A DNA stretch of 51,730 nt from Candidatus Alkanophaga liquidiphilum (GCA_029259535.1 JAPHEF010000001.1:87399-139128), one strand, 5' to 3'; positions 19,788 to 29,240 are shown, numbered from the stretch's first letter. Program-made: numbers and translations. Notes: generated by a model from the letters alone, not told the origin.

Positions 19788-21728
19788 TCAAAGGATGAAA
19801 TCTTCGTCCGCAAGAACTTCTGTGACGATTAAGTCCTCGATCTCTATCCTCTTCTTGCTGTAAAGAGGCGCCAGCCCCCACAAGCATCCCGAAAGCCCCT
19901 CCGAAACCCTCGCATACGACAACCACCTTTCGAGCTTCTCCGAGTAGATGGATTCGATGTAGTCCGAATACAGAAACTTCATCCATTCGTTCCTGTCCAC
20001 GCCTCCGATCTCCGCAAACTCCTCATAAGGGTCTTCAAGCAGAGAGGGCGTAACGACTCCATGCACCACCTTCTCTCTCCTTTCCCGCCAGTCCCCCACT
20101 ACAACTTCCCGCCTCTTCCGGTCTATCCTCTCAATGAAGGCGTTGTCAAGAATCCAGATGAGGTCGTATTCCGTCTCCTCGCCGCCGTAAATCACCTTCC
20201 ACCGCAGCGTGTCCCCTCTGAACCTCCTGAAAGAGTTTTTGAACGACCGCCACCATCTCCTCAGGCTTTCAGCAACGTCCTCGTCCACATTTTCTCCCTC
20301 TAAATACGCCTCGACCATGCTCTCGACCTTAAACATGAACTTCGAAAACGGGAAGCTCTCCTGCAACTTCCTGAGAACCTGCTCTCTCCCGTAGCTCCTC
20401 AGCGCCTTTGAAATCGACCAGAGGACGGCGCCCATGAACCTCGGAATTTTCTCCCTCTTCAGCTCCTTATCCCGAAAGGCTCTACTCACGGCGTCCGAAA
20501 ACTCATAATAGCTCAACTTCCGCCCATCAAACCCCCTCAGAGCCTCGACGACGCTCACGTGCGCCACGCAGTATATCTCGCTCCGCTCTCCCTCTCGCCC
20601 TATCCTCCCAATTCTCTGCATGAAATTCCGCAGGTACCTCCCGGAATCGATGTATGCGAGGCAAACCGGGTAATTGACGCCCACCTCCGCCTTCGCCGTC
20701 GTGATGACTATGTCGTAGTCCGTAGGCTCGAACTCGAAGCCCTTTTGCCTCGTCTGGAGCCCCGTATTCACCCCTATTCGGGCGTCAGGAAACTCCGCAC
20801 GTATCTTCCTTTCCGCCAGCAAAGCCTCCCTCAAAGAGTCGAAAAGGAAGAAGGCTCTCTTGTTATCGTCCAGAGCCTCTGAGAGTCCCTCCTTTACCTC
20901 CTCTCTCAGACCGTCGCCCTCGAACAGCCATTTGTAAAGGGAGCCTTGCCTCGAAACCTCGATGAAATGAATTTCCTGCTCTCCTTGAACGGCGCGTCCC
21001 TCTCTCCCCACTTCTTGCCGCGCAAGCTCCCACTCTAACCCTTCCAAGTATTCAAACAAGACCCCCTCTGGTGTTGCGGAGGAGAAGAACCATTTGATGT
21101 CGAAAAATTCTCTAACCGACAGTAGCATCATCAGGACGTTGGCAATTTGCTCCTCATCGTAGAGATGGTATTCGTCGAAGACGATGTAGTCCAGCTTGTT
21201 GAAGAACTCCGTCCAGTCCGGGAAACTTAAGATGTAACGCTCCCTTCCGCTCCAGTCGGTATGGTAGCCGCCGTGAATGAGGAAATTTATGATGTCAGGA
21301 TTCGTCACCACGACCTCCGCCGCCGTCACCCGCTCAAGCAACTCCTTTGCTCTTTCAATGCCGTGCCGCTCCAGCCTCTGCCCCGTCAGAATTTCGACTT
21401 TGATGTATTTGTCGAGCGTCCTCGCCATGTCCTCGACGAGCGCATTGGTGGGAGCGACAATTAGCCCCCGCCTCGGCATCAAATCTTCTTTGGAGCGGAG
21501 AGAGGGCAGCATGAAGGCGAACGTCTTGCCGGCGCCCGTCGGCGCAACGACTACCGTCACCTCCTTCCGCTCGCTCAAATCCGAATAGAACACCTCTTGA
21601 AACTTGTGAAGCCGGAGCATGTCTCCGCCAAGCTCGATCTGAACGCTCCCGAACGGAATCCTTTTCTCCTCGACCGTGACGGTGACGGACTCCGAAGCTG
21701 GAGCTGTATCTGAAGGCGAGCCGCTCAT
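19788..21728 (-). CDS. cas3: Type I-D helicase Cas3' (no HD domain)
   Basis: APTGAGKT, TNPDI, FDEYHLY, SSATP, QRIGRIGR; no N-terminal HD domain. Confidence 0.92.
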   Translation of the reverse strand: MSGSPSDTAPASESVTVTVEEKRIPFGSVQIELGGDMLRLHKFQEVFYSDLSERKEVTVVVAPTGAGKTFAFMLPSLRSKEDLMPRRGLIVAPTNALVEDMARTLDKYIKVEILTGQRLERHGIERAKELLERVTAAEVVVTNPDIINFLIHGGYHTDWSGRERYILSFPDWTEFFNKLDYIVFDEYHLYDEEQIANVLMMLLSVREFFDIKWFFSSATPEGVLFEYLEGLEWELARQEVGREGRAVQGEQEIHFIEVSRQGSLYKWLFEGDGLREEVKEGLSEALDDNKRAFFLFDSLREALLAERKIRAEFPDARIGVNTGLQTRQKGFEFEPTDYDIVITTAKAEVGVNYPVCLAYIDSGRYLRNFMQRIGRIGREGERSEIYCVAHVSVVEALRGFDGRKLSYYEFSDAVSRAFRDKELKREKIPRFMGAVLWSISKALRSYGREQVLRKLQESFPFSKFMFKVESMVEAYLEGENVDEDVAESLRRWWRSFKNSFRRFRGDTLRWKVIYGGEETEYDLIWILDNAFIERIDRKRREVVVGDWRERREKVVHGVVTPSLLEDPYEEFAEIGGVDRNEWMKFLYSDYIESIYSEKLERWLSYARVSEGLSGCLWGLAPLYSKKRIEIEDLIVTEVLADEDFIL

Positions 21729-22369
21729 CCGAAAAGCCTCCTCTCTAAACGCTCCAAATCTTCCTCTCCCAACCCCTTTACCAAAATGTACTGCGCCAAG
21801 ACGGGCTCGAACGTTAGTCCATCTCTCACCTCAAGCTCCTCACCGAAGAGCTTCAGCACGTATATGTTCATCCAAGCTTCCTTCTCAAGCTTATCAACAC
21901 GCTCTAACAGCAGCAAGCACTCCCTCCCGTTGCCCACTCTCAGGGTGAAGCGTTCTGGTAACTCTAAATCGCCAAGTAGGGAAGCTTGAAACGTCGAACC
22001 CCCCTCTATCCCTTGAACGAGCCTGAAATCCTTATAGAGGGGCTGGTTACCCCCTCCTTTGAGAGCGACGAGCGTCGAGAAGCTCCTTGCCCCGTCGTTC
22101 CCGAAGCTACTGCTGTTTGCGAAGATGCGCGTCCTCCTGAAGTTGAGGGGGCGAGCGACGCTCCAGAGGAAGCCAAGACGCTTGAGCTCCTCGTATTCGG
22201 GCTTCTCCTTCATCAAATAGGTCAATTCCCTATCTTTGCAGAAGGCGAAGTTCGTGGCGTATGTCAGGGCGAGGTCGCCGATGAATGGCGAGGTTGAAGC
22301 CACGCCGCTTTCAGTCCTCGTGTAGTAAAAAAGAGGAGATAGGAGGGTTATTTTGAAGTGCTCGACCAT
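21725..22369 (-). CDS. cas5d: Type I-D Cas5 (Csc1)
   Basis: FIGDLALTYA, SVARP, LRVGNGRECLL; position between cas7d and cas3'. Confidence 0.8.
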   Translation of the reverse strand: MVEHFKITLLSPLFYYTRTESGVASTSPFIGDLALTYATNFAFCKDRELTYLMKEKPEYEELKRLGFLWSVARPLNFRRTRIFANSSSFGNDGARSFSTLVALKGGGNQPLYKDFRLVQGIEGGSTFQASLLGDLELPERFTLRVGNGRECLLLLERVDKLEKEAWMNIYVLKLFGEELEVRDGLTFEPVLAQYILVKGLGEEDLERLERRLFG

Positions 22370-22382
22370 CTCCCGCTCACCT

Positions 22383-23435
22383 CTAGAGGCTGAGCCTCTC
22401 AAGGTATTCGCCGATGTTACCCTCTTTCACCACCTTGCACTCGACCAAGTAGCGGATGGAGTCGTCGAGAAGCCTGAGATACAGCTGCTTCAGCTTTTCC
22501 TCCTCTTTCAGCAGGTTTAAGAGTGTTTCCGTCAACTTTTCCACCTGCTCGCCCTCCAAAACTCTCTGTGAGCACTCCTTGAGCTTCCCAACACAGTAGT
22601 CAACTACGGTTTCGAGACTCACTTCGCCGCCGCCCCACTCCTTCGTCAGCAGGTAAGAACTTATTGGAGGCTCAAACTGGTCGAGAGCGATGGCGACGAC
22701 GTGATTCCGCACGTTCGCGTCCATGACGTTGCTCTGCGCTCCGTATCTCGTCGTTTTCAGGATGGAAAGCATGACGTGCGCAAAGGCTTCGGGCGTCACG
22801 TCTGGGAATGTGACGAACTGCGGGAAGAAGGCTCCGGGCTTCACGTATTGGACATCGAAGAGCGTTTCTCGGTGCTCACCCCGCTCCTTGTCCCACATCG
22901 TCCCCTCCTCGCTCAGGGCGTTGTGCGTCAGCTCCTCGGTAATTTCAGCCTTGTCCCTGAGCGAGTAGCTCCACTCGTAGATGACCCTTGCGGGAAGCCC
23001 GACAGCCTCGCCGCCCTCCTCGGTGATGCTGTCGCCGAATGTTAACGAGTTCGGATTTGCAAGCTGCACCCGCTCCTTTGTCAGATTATACTCGACTGCG
23101 GGGTCCACGATCCCTAACTTCCTGCACAGCAGGAGCCCCGTGAGCTTCTCCCTCGACTTCAATTTCCTCGACGGGATGACAACAACCTCCCTGTCACCAA
23201 CTTCCGTGCTTACCACCTCATCAGGCTCCGTCGAGCGATTTATCAAGTATCCGACCGTCTCTCTCACTAAAAGCACCTTTATGACGTTCGGCGTCCTCTT
23301 TCCGAAACGCTCTTGGAAGAACTCTCTTGGAATCGTCTGGTAGAGGCTTTCTCTGAAGTCCCGGACGACGTCCTCATCGTATTCCACGAACGCCCTTTCA
23401 ACAACCCCCGCAGCGCTACCCCTCCTGCGTGGCAA
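22383..23435 (-). CDS. cas7d: Type I-D Cas7 (Csc2)
   Basis: IPSRKLKSREK, NPNSLTFGDS, RVIYEWSYS, THNA, VKPGAFFPQFVT, TTRYGAQ. Confidence 0.9.
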   Translation of the reverse strand: MPRRRGSAAGVVERAFVEYDEDVVRDFRESLYQTIPREFFQERFGKRTPNVIKVLLVRETVGYLINRSTEPDEVVSTEVGDREVVVIPSRKLKSREKLTGLLLCRKLGIVDPAVEYNLTKERVQLANPNSLTFGDSITEEGGEAVGLPARVIYEWSYSLRDKAEITEELTHNALSEEGTMWDKERGEHRETLFDVQYVKPGAFFPQFVTFPDVTPEAFAHVMLSILKTTRYGAQSNVMDANVRNHVVAIALDQFEPPISSYLLTKEWGGGEVSLETVVDYCVGKLKECSQRVLEGEQVEKLTETLLNLLKEEEKLKQLYLRLLDDSIRYLVECKVVKEGNIGEYLERLSL

Positions 23436-23814
23436 CTCCGCTCACCTCCTCAGCAGCTCTCTCCCTCCACTCAGCCCACCGCTCATCGGATTTCTTTGCA
23501 TACTCGAAGGCGAAGCCATAAGTCCAGTAGCGAAGTTCGTTCTTCGATGGAAGTCTGCCCTGCCAAATCTTCTCGTAAAGCTCCTCGTAGAACGCCTTGC
23601 AGAATTTCTCGACGGCGTCTCTCCGCCCGAACCTCGTCTTCCTCTCGATTACTCCTGCCATCAGGGAAATCACGTCCCCCTTCCCGAGATTCCGCCGAAT
23701 CCCGTGCTTCAGCCCCTCAAACGCCGCCCTGAACAGCCATGTCTGCTTGGAGCCGCTGCGCCCACTCCACTTGATGTCCGCCGCCAGTTCAGCTAACTTC
23801 TCAAGTACTCCCAT
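23416..23814 (-). CDS. cas11d: Cas11d small subunit from an internal in-frame start within cas10d
   Basis: Strong SD GGAGGTGA a few nt upstream of in-frame ATG 23814 (MGVLEKLAELAA...), 132 aa. Confidence 0.75.
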   Translation of the reverse strand: MGVLEKLAELAADIKWSGRSGSKQTWLFRAAFEGLKHGIRRNLGKGDVISLMAGVIERKTRFGRRDAVEKFCKAFYEELYEKIWQGRLPSKNELRYWTYGFAFEYAKKSDERWAEWRERAAEEVSGVATQEG

Positions 23815-26064
23815 CTTCTCACCTCCCACACGCTCGAAAACGAGCATAAGGCCATCTTCATGCGCTCTAACAAACCCCTCCCGTGAGCGGTCATCCAACC
23901 TATACAGGTAAAAGAAGAACGCTAAGCCCTGCGGCTCCGCCGAATAATCATTAAGCATCCTCAGAAGCTCGTTTTGATAATTCCTGCCGCCCACCCGTTG
24001 CGCAAGCCTCCTTAAAAGCTCATACTCCCTTTCAACCGCCTCCACCTCGTCCAGCCTTATTTCGTCCCAGCCAAGCCTCTTTAGCGCCTTCGGGGCGTAG
24101 TCAAAGGTCAAGGTCGCCCTCTTAACTCTGTCCGGGTTCATCGCATACGTCAGATAAACCTTGAAGCCCGTATCCTTTACAAAGCTCAGAAGCGTGCGAA
24201 AATGACGAGCCAAGAACTCAGCATCGCCCCCTATCGCTAACGGAGCCATCAGAAAGGGCGCAAGGTCTTCCGGGAGGTCTGCAGGGTCAAAACCGTAAAC
24301 AAACTTGCACATAGACCTAAAAGGGTCGAAAAAGCGTCCTAAGCCCCCGAATATCTCCGTTACTCTCTTCGTCACGCCCCCGACGTTCACAAGCGGGATA
24401 GTGTAATCGTAGGCGTCCACGTAAACCGTGTAAACCTCCTTACCCTGCCCGAAGGCGAGCCTTCTGAGCATGATTTCCGCCAAGCATGTCCCGCAAATAC
24501 GTTTCTCCCAGTTTTTTATGGAGACGACGGTGCGGTTCGTGAAGCCACGAGGAGAGAAGCCGAAAGCCACATCGTCCCTCGCCGCAACGCCCGCCTCACC
24601 CCCGCAGAGACAGCACATGTTGCGCTTGTCCGCCAAGCTCCTCGGCTCAAGCCTCGAAAGCAGCGGCTCGCCGTCAATATAAGCAAAGTTCAGAACCTCC
24701 CTGAAGACTTTGCGAAAACTCACCTGCTCCCCCTCATAATTTTTCTCCAGCAGCTCCCTGAGCTTCGTGATAAGCTCGTCCTTGACCTCCGCACCCAACC
24801 TCTTGGTCGCCCCTACGAGCTTCACGTAATTCTTCAACCCTGTGTCACGCCTCCCTAAAATCTCGGCGGCGTTCGGTAGAAAACTTAAGTCTAAGTCGGA
24901 GAAGTAAGCCTCCTCAGCCTCCCTTTTCAGCCTTTCGACCTCCCTACTGTCGACGGAAAGTTGCAGTATTAGCTTAAGAAGCACGAAAATTTCGAACTTC
25001 TCGGCGTCGAACTTTTCGATCTCCTTGCTAATTGCCTCCTTTAACCGCTCGTCCCTCGAAATACCGTAGTAAAGTGCTTCTTTATTCCTGAGAAGCCTCT
25101 CAAGGAACCTTGCCACGTTTTCCTTGCTTGGCTCAACGAGCCTGAAGACTCCAAGCTGTGCCTTCTGCCTATCGATTTTCACCAACTCTTCCATCCGCTC
25201 CAGAATTTTCGCCTCCAACTCTCCTGCAAGCTCCTCAACAGCCCCCTCAAGAAACTCCCTGCTTAAGGGCTCGCCGAGCCAGATGAAGCCCCGTGGCGAC
25301 ACGAGCAGAAGCTTTCCGGAAACTCGCCTCATGATTCCTTCCAGCAAGAACCTCGTAATCAACTCGTAAGGGGTGTCCTCAAAGTGGAAGGAGTGGACCC
25401 CATCGAAGTGTCTCTTAAGCCTTTTATGAAGCTCTCGGGACGTCTCAGCAAAGGATTCGGTTGGAGGGAGGGAAATTGTGTCTGCGAGGTGCACGACATT
25501 CTGCAAGTATTCCCTGACCACCCTGTCGAGTCCTCGTCTCCGAGGTAATGAGACGGTGATTTCCCGATCAGTGTATCTCGTTCTGTCTTCCGTGCTGAGA
25601 ACTAAGTAGCGGACGATGTTCTTTTCCTCCTCGGAAAGTTCTATACCGAGCCGCCTGATAACCTCAGAAAGCCTTTCAAGCGCCTCTCTCAGGTCGGTCG
25701 TTCCGAAGAGCTTGTTGATGTCGTGAAGGGCGATAGAGAGCATTGCGCACCTCACAAGCATCTGAAGGTCCGCATCTCCGCTCAACAAAAGCCCTGACAG
25801 CTCCCTGCTTTTGAGAAGTTTCTGCTCTAAAAGGAGCATGGCAGCGGGTATGCCGTTCAGAATATGCATCGGGTAGCTCATGTCTGGATACTCGCGGAAG
25901 CCGAAGCCGCCCTTTGCTGAGATGAGCCGAAACTCCTCGAAAAGTCTCGGGAAAACTTCGTTAAGAAACCGCCGCACCTCCTCCTTAAAGGGCTGCGTCT
26001 CAAAAACCTCCTCCACCTTGACCCTAATCCTCGGTCTCCGCCGCTCCTCGGACACTTCACCCAC
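23416..26064 (-). CDS. cas10d: Type I-D large subunit Cas10d (Csc3) with HD nuclease domain
   Basis: HILNG...ALHDINK...HLAD HD domain; CCLCG...FTNR...ICGTCLAE zinc site; helical C-terminal domain. Confidence 0.9.
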   Translation of the reverse strand: MGEVSEERRRPRIRVKVEEVFETQPFKEEVRRFLNEVFPRLFEEFRLISAKGGFGFREYPDMSYPMHILNGIPAAMLLLEQKLLKSRELSGLLLSGDADLQMLVRCAMLSIALHDINKLFGTTDLREALERLSEVIRRLGIELSEEEKNIVRYLVLSTEDRTRYTDREITVSLPRRRGLDRVVREYLQNVVHLADTISLPPTESFAETSRELHKRLKRHFDGVHSFHFEDTPYELITRFLLEGIMRRVSGKLLLVSPRGFIWLGEPLSREFLEGAVEELAGELEAKILERMEELVKIDRQKAQLGVFRLVEPSKENVARFLERLLRNKEALYYGISRDERLKEAISKEIEKFDAEKFEIFVLLKLILQLSVDSREVERLKREAEEAYFSDLDLSFLPNAAEILGRRDTGLKNYVKLVGATKRLGAEVKDELITKLRELLEKNYEGEQVSFRKVFREVLNFAYIDGEPLLSRLEPRSLADKRNMCCLCGGEAGVAARDDVAFGFSPRGFTNRTVVSIKNWEKRICGTCLAEIMLRRLAFGQGKEVYTVYVDAYDYTIPLVNVGGVTKRVTEIFGGLGRFFDPFRSMCKFVYGFDPADLPEDLAPFLMAPLAIGGDAEFLARHFRTLLSFVKDTGFKVYLTYAMNPDRVKRATLTFDYAPKALKRLGWDEIRLDEVEAVEREYELLRRLAQRVGGRNYQNELLRMLNDYSAEPQGLAFFFYLYRLDDRSREGFVRAHEDGLMLVFERVGGEKMGVLEKLAELAADIKWSGRSGSKQTWLFRAAFEGLKHGIRRNLGKGDVISLMAGVIERKTRFGRRDAVEKFCKAFYEELYEKIWQGRLPSKNELRYWTYGFAFEYAKKSDERWAEWRERAAEEVSGVATQEG

Positions 26065-26065
26065 C

Positions 26066-26121
26066 TAACCCTACTTTCCATTACCTATATAAATTATTAA
26101 CCCTTAACCTAAAAGTTAAGT
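26066..26121. promoter_or_regulatory. Divergent cas10d/csa3 promoter with palindromic operator candidate
   Basis: TATATAAA at ~26086; perfect inverted repeat CTTAAC-N6-GTTAAG at 26103-26120. Confidence 0.55.
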
Positions 26122-26712
26122 ATGAGACCGGCGCACGTCATCGTCATCGGTTTCCACGCCGCCCACATCTACAAGCCGCTCGTCGAGTTCGGCGCCTCGA
26201 AGGTCGTCTTAGTTTACTCCACCAAGGAGGAGGTCGAAGGGAGAGTCGCTGATGCGCTCGCGGAGGCTCGCCGCCTTTTCTCCGGCTTAGGTCTGCCGTA
26301 TGAGGAGCTAAAGCTCGAAGCTTACGAGTTCGAGCAGAACGTCGAGCTCCTGCGGAAGGTCATCAGGCGGGAGCGGCAAGTTATCGTCAACCTCACCGGC
26401 GGGCGGAAGATAACGTCGTTCGCCCTCCTCTACGCTGCACTCCTCGAGCCCGAGCATGTGAAAGCCATCGTTTACGTAAGCGAGGACGACGAAATCATAC
26501 GACTACCGAAGTTCCTGCCGAGCGTGAGCATCACGCCCTCCGAGCGCAAAGTCTTGAACGTCCTTGGTAAGGGGAAGTGCGTCTCCGAAATAGCCGAAAA
26601 GCTTGATATATCCCTGCCAGCGGCAATAAAGCTTGTCGGCAGCCTCGAGAGGAAGGGATTAGTAAGAAGCGAGCGAGTGGGGCGGAAAAGATTAGTCATG
26701 CCGCTTTTCTGA
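26122..26712 (+). CDS. csa3: CARF-wHTH transcriptional regulator Csa3
   Basis: N-terminal IGFH motif, VNLTGGRK CARF motif, C-terminal HTH (SEIAEKLDIS...LERKGLV). Confidence 0.88.
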   Translation: MRPAHVIVIGFHAAHIYKPLVEFGASKVVLVYSTKEEVEGRVADALAEARRLFSGLGLPYEELKLEAYEFEQNVELLRKVIRRERQVIVNLTGGRKITSFALLYAALLEPEHVKAIVYVSEDDEIIRLPKFLPSVSITPSERKVLNVLGKGKCVSEIAEKLDISLPAAIKLVGSLERKGLVRSERVGRKRLVMPLF

Positions 26713-27453
26713 TGTCTGCTGACGCCCCTTAACAACCTCCACCATCCCGAAGCCCATGGAGTTTTTCTCGCCGAAGCCAGCCTCATATCCGAACTTGAGA
26801 AGGGCAGGGTCGCCACGTGCGACGAAGCTCATCATCGTGCCCCGATGCCACGTATTTTTAATTTGCGTTCTGACGAGCTTTGCCGCCCCCCTCGGCTCCA
26901 CTTGGAAGTCCCCGCTCGGCGGCGTCCCGTAGAAATCCTCATACTTCCCCAAAAGGTTTTTGCGGAGGTTTTCGTAGAACTTCCGTTCCGACGGATATAG
27001 GTCCCAAGTTTTGCGCCGCCCATCGGCATCGACGACAGTCCGCACCACGATGGGCGACAGCGTTCTGAACACCACCTCACTTCCAATTTCGGGCGTTTTC
27101 AGCGTCTCGATACGTTCCACGACGAACCTCGCATTTGTGATTTGAAACTCCGGCTCTCCGAGGACGCCTTCGACGAACGCCGAGACCACGCTCGCCTTCG
27201 GCGACGAAAAGAGGAAGCGGCAGTCCTTCAGCCAGAGTTTGTCCTGCACGACCCTGCGGAAGCCTTCGGGGAACAGCCGTGAGAACGTGAAAAACTTAAA
27301 GCGCTGTTGGCGGCTGTGCAAGCCGAGCTCCGGGCGCACGCTCATAATCTTTCGATAAATGGCACTGGCTACCATGTAATTGTAGTTCAACGGTAGCTTC
27401 TGAATACGCTCCGAGCGTAAGCTCACTCTGACCCGCATTCTTCCCCCATTCAA
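26692..27453 (-). CDS. cas6: CRISPR endoribonuclease Cas6
   Basis: LPLNYNY, FKFFTFSRL, TLSPIVV, G-rich loop AGFGEKNSMGFGMV. Confidence 0.95.
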   Translation of the reverse strand: MNGGRMRVRVSLRSERIQKLPLNYNYMVASAIYRKIMSVRPELGLHSRQQRFKFFTFSRLFPEGFRRVVQDKLWLKDCRFLFSSPKASVVSAFVEGVLGEPEFQITNARFVVERIETLKTPEIGSEVVFRTLSPIVVRTVVDADGRRKTWDLYPSERKFYENLRKNLLGKYEDFYGTPPSGDFQVEPRGAAKLVRTQIKNTWHRGTMMSFVARGDPALLKFGYEAGFGEKNSMGFGMVEVVKGRQQTSEKRHD

Positions 27454-28012
27454 ACTTTAAGAGGAACATACATTTCCTGCCGCCTCGCAGTGATGCTGGC
27501 GGCGACGATGCCCACCTCGTAAAACGCAATGAGCGGACCGGCGACGCCCGCCTGTCTGAAGACGTCGGGCGGCGTGAAGAGAGCGGCGAGCGTGAAGATT
27601 GCCACACATTCGTGCTTGCGGAACTTTTTGAGCGTCTCCGAAATGAGCATGACGCCTTCGGGCAGCAAATCCCCCTTTATCCGCAGGATGACGTGATTCA
27701 TGAGCGGGAAGGATACGCACATGCCTCCTAATTATGCTTAAAATAATCATAAGCTTCTTCTTAATTACAAACTTGTGGTCATTAACATTCACATCATTCA
27801 GACTTAAAATAATCATAAGCTTCTTCTTAATTGCCGCAGTTATATAACCCAGCTCTCGAAATATGCTCACGGACGCACCCCCATGACCAAAGATAGAACG
27901 GATGCGCCGCAGGCTCGTAGCATGCCTCATCTCCCTACTTTCCATATTCGTGCCCCTCCATGTCTCGACGACTCCCACCTCTGCCAGCCGACTCATCTCC
28001 CTACTTTCCATA
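27450..28012 (-). pseudogene. tatC: Internally deleted tatC remnant(s)
   Basis: Start-like MESREM with GAGGGG RBS; RELGYITAAIKKKLMIILSII..SFPLMNHVILRIKGDLLPEG (TatC N-terminal-like) joined to LKKFRKH..VAIFTLAALFTPPDVFRQ..PLIAFYEVGI (TatC C-terminal TPPD/YE motifs). Confidence 0.72.
27737..27832. repeat. 30-bp direct duplication flanking a 36-bp insert
   Basis: CTTAAAATAATCATAAGCTTCTTCTTAATT at 27737-27766 and 27803-27832. Confidence 0.95.
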
Positions 28013-28024
28013 TTCGTGCCCCTC
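27926..28024. repeat. 33-bp direct duplication flanking a 33-bp insert
   Basis: CTCATCTCCCTACTTTCCATATTCGTGCCCCTC at 27926-27958 and 27992-28024. Confidence 0.95.
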
Positions 28025-28059
28025 TTCTTTTTTCGGGTCTGGTGCGCAAATCCCCCCTC

Positions 28060-28500
28060 TATTATTTTTTCCCAACACATGCTCTTTACGTTTACAGTCC
28101 GACGGAGTGGGTCGGTTTGCGGCTGAAGTTCTCGTTCCTATGTGCAGCTGTCACAATGCCCCTCTGGATATATGAAACTGCTTATCACTATCGTGGCGTT
28201 CCTGCTGTTCGGCGCCTCGAAGGTGCCGGAGCTGGCACGGGCGCTCGGTAAGCAATGGAGAGCTCAAGAAGACGCAAAAGGAGGCTGAACTCGACCTCAA
28301 AAGGGTTCGAAGCAGGAGCTGGTTGCAAAGGGCTTTGAGAAGAGCGGTGGCGAGCTGAACCTCGTAGAAATTGCAAAGAAGCTGCGGCTGTGGGACTGCT
28401 GAGAACATGCCAAGTCCGGCTGAACCTCGTAGAAATTGCAAAGAAGCTGGGCATTGCGTAACGTCGCATCAGCGCAGCAATCGCTTAAGAAGAAGTTGAG
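28060..28500 (+). pseudogene. tatA: Inverted tatC fragment fused to frameshifted tatA remnant
   Basis: LYVYSPTEWVGLRLKFSFLCAAVTMPLWIYE (TatC-like), then LLITIVAFLLFGASKVPELARALGK..ELKKTQKE (TatA signature) and LVEIAKKLGI. Confidence 0.75.
28354..28449. repeat. 31-bp direct duplication flanking a 34-bp insert
   Basis: GCTGAACCTCGTAGAAATTGCAAAGAAGCTG at 28354-28384 and 28419-28449. Confidence 0.95.
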
Positions 28501-28503
28501 AGC

Positions 28504-29240
28504 ATGAAGTTAAGGATTTTTCTCTGCACTTGTTACCGCACTTTGGGCGTCATCCATAAGGATGTCAAGCGAGACTTGGCTGAGGCTGAAGGCGTCGAGA
28601 TTATCGAAGTTCACGATGCTCTTTGCCTTGAGGACGGTCTCGACACCAGTCTCGGCGACATTAAACGCTTCGAGCTCGACGCTGTTATAATCGGCGCCTG
28701 CACGGAAAAACGTCGCTCCTTCGAACTTGCAACGCACGGGATTAGCACCTGCCTTGTGAACCTCAGAGAGCACTGTGGTTGGGTTCATGATAAAAAGGAG
28801 GCTACTGAAAAGGCAAAAAGTATGCTCAAGGCTGCAGTCATCCAGTCACAATGCAGCTCTCTGCCAGAGACTCTTATCCCGGACGTAGGAGAGGACGTGC
28901 TGGTCATCAGCGACGAGGAGGTAGCAAGAATCAAAGCTCGCAAACGTCCACCTCGTGACTAAAACTTCCAGGATGGAATGATTCTATCAAAATACACGTA
29001 GGAGAGGTTAAGAAAGTAAAAGGAGGCATAGGGAACTTCCAAGTAGAGATCAAAAAGCCTATAAGTTTAGAGCGGTGCATCTCCTGCGGGAAGACGTTCG
29101 CAACGAAAGCCGCCATCCAGAAAATAGCGGAGGCGACAGGCTGGCGACGACGAGCATCTTAACGCCGAAACCCGCTTAGAGCTTCTGAAATACTGCCAGG
29201 GGTGTAGGCCGCTGGTTGCATTAACGCGCTTACATTAACC
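28504..29240 (+). pseudogene. Truncated HdrA-like / 4Fe-4S protein
   Basis: IFLCTC, ALC, IIGAC, VNLREHCGWVH..ATEKAK (HdrA N-terminal motifs); after a stop, VKGGIGNFQVEI..ERCISCGK and CQGCRP fragments. Confidence 0.7.

Noticed and set aside
27977-27989. 12-13 nt match (CACCTCTGCCAGC) between the second insert and the array-1 spacer at ~10668
   Set aside because: Too short to distinguish from chance
27457-28080. 207-aa ORF with internal peptide repeats
   Set aside because: Chimeric read-through of tatC remnants and the duplication scars
27737-28449. Interpretation as a second CRISPR array family or CreTA-like regulatory mini-array
   Set aside because: The three repeat pairs are unrelated to each other and derive from tat gene sequence; no match of the inserts to cas promoters was seen by eye
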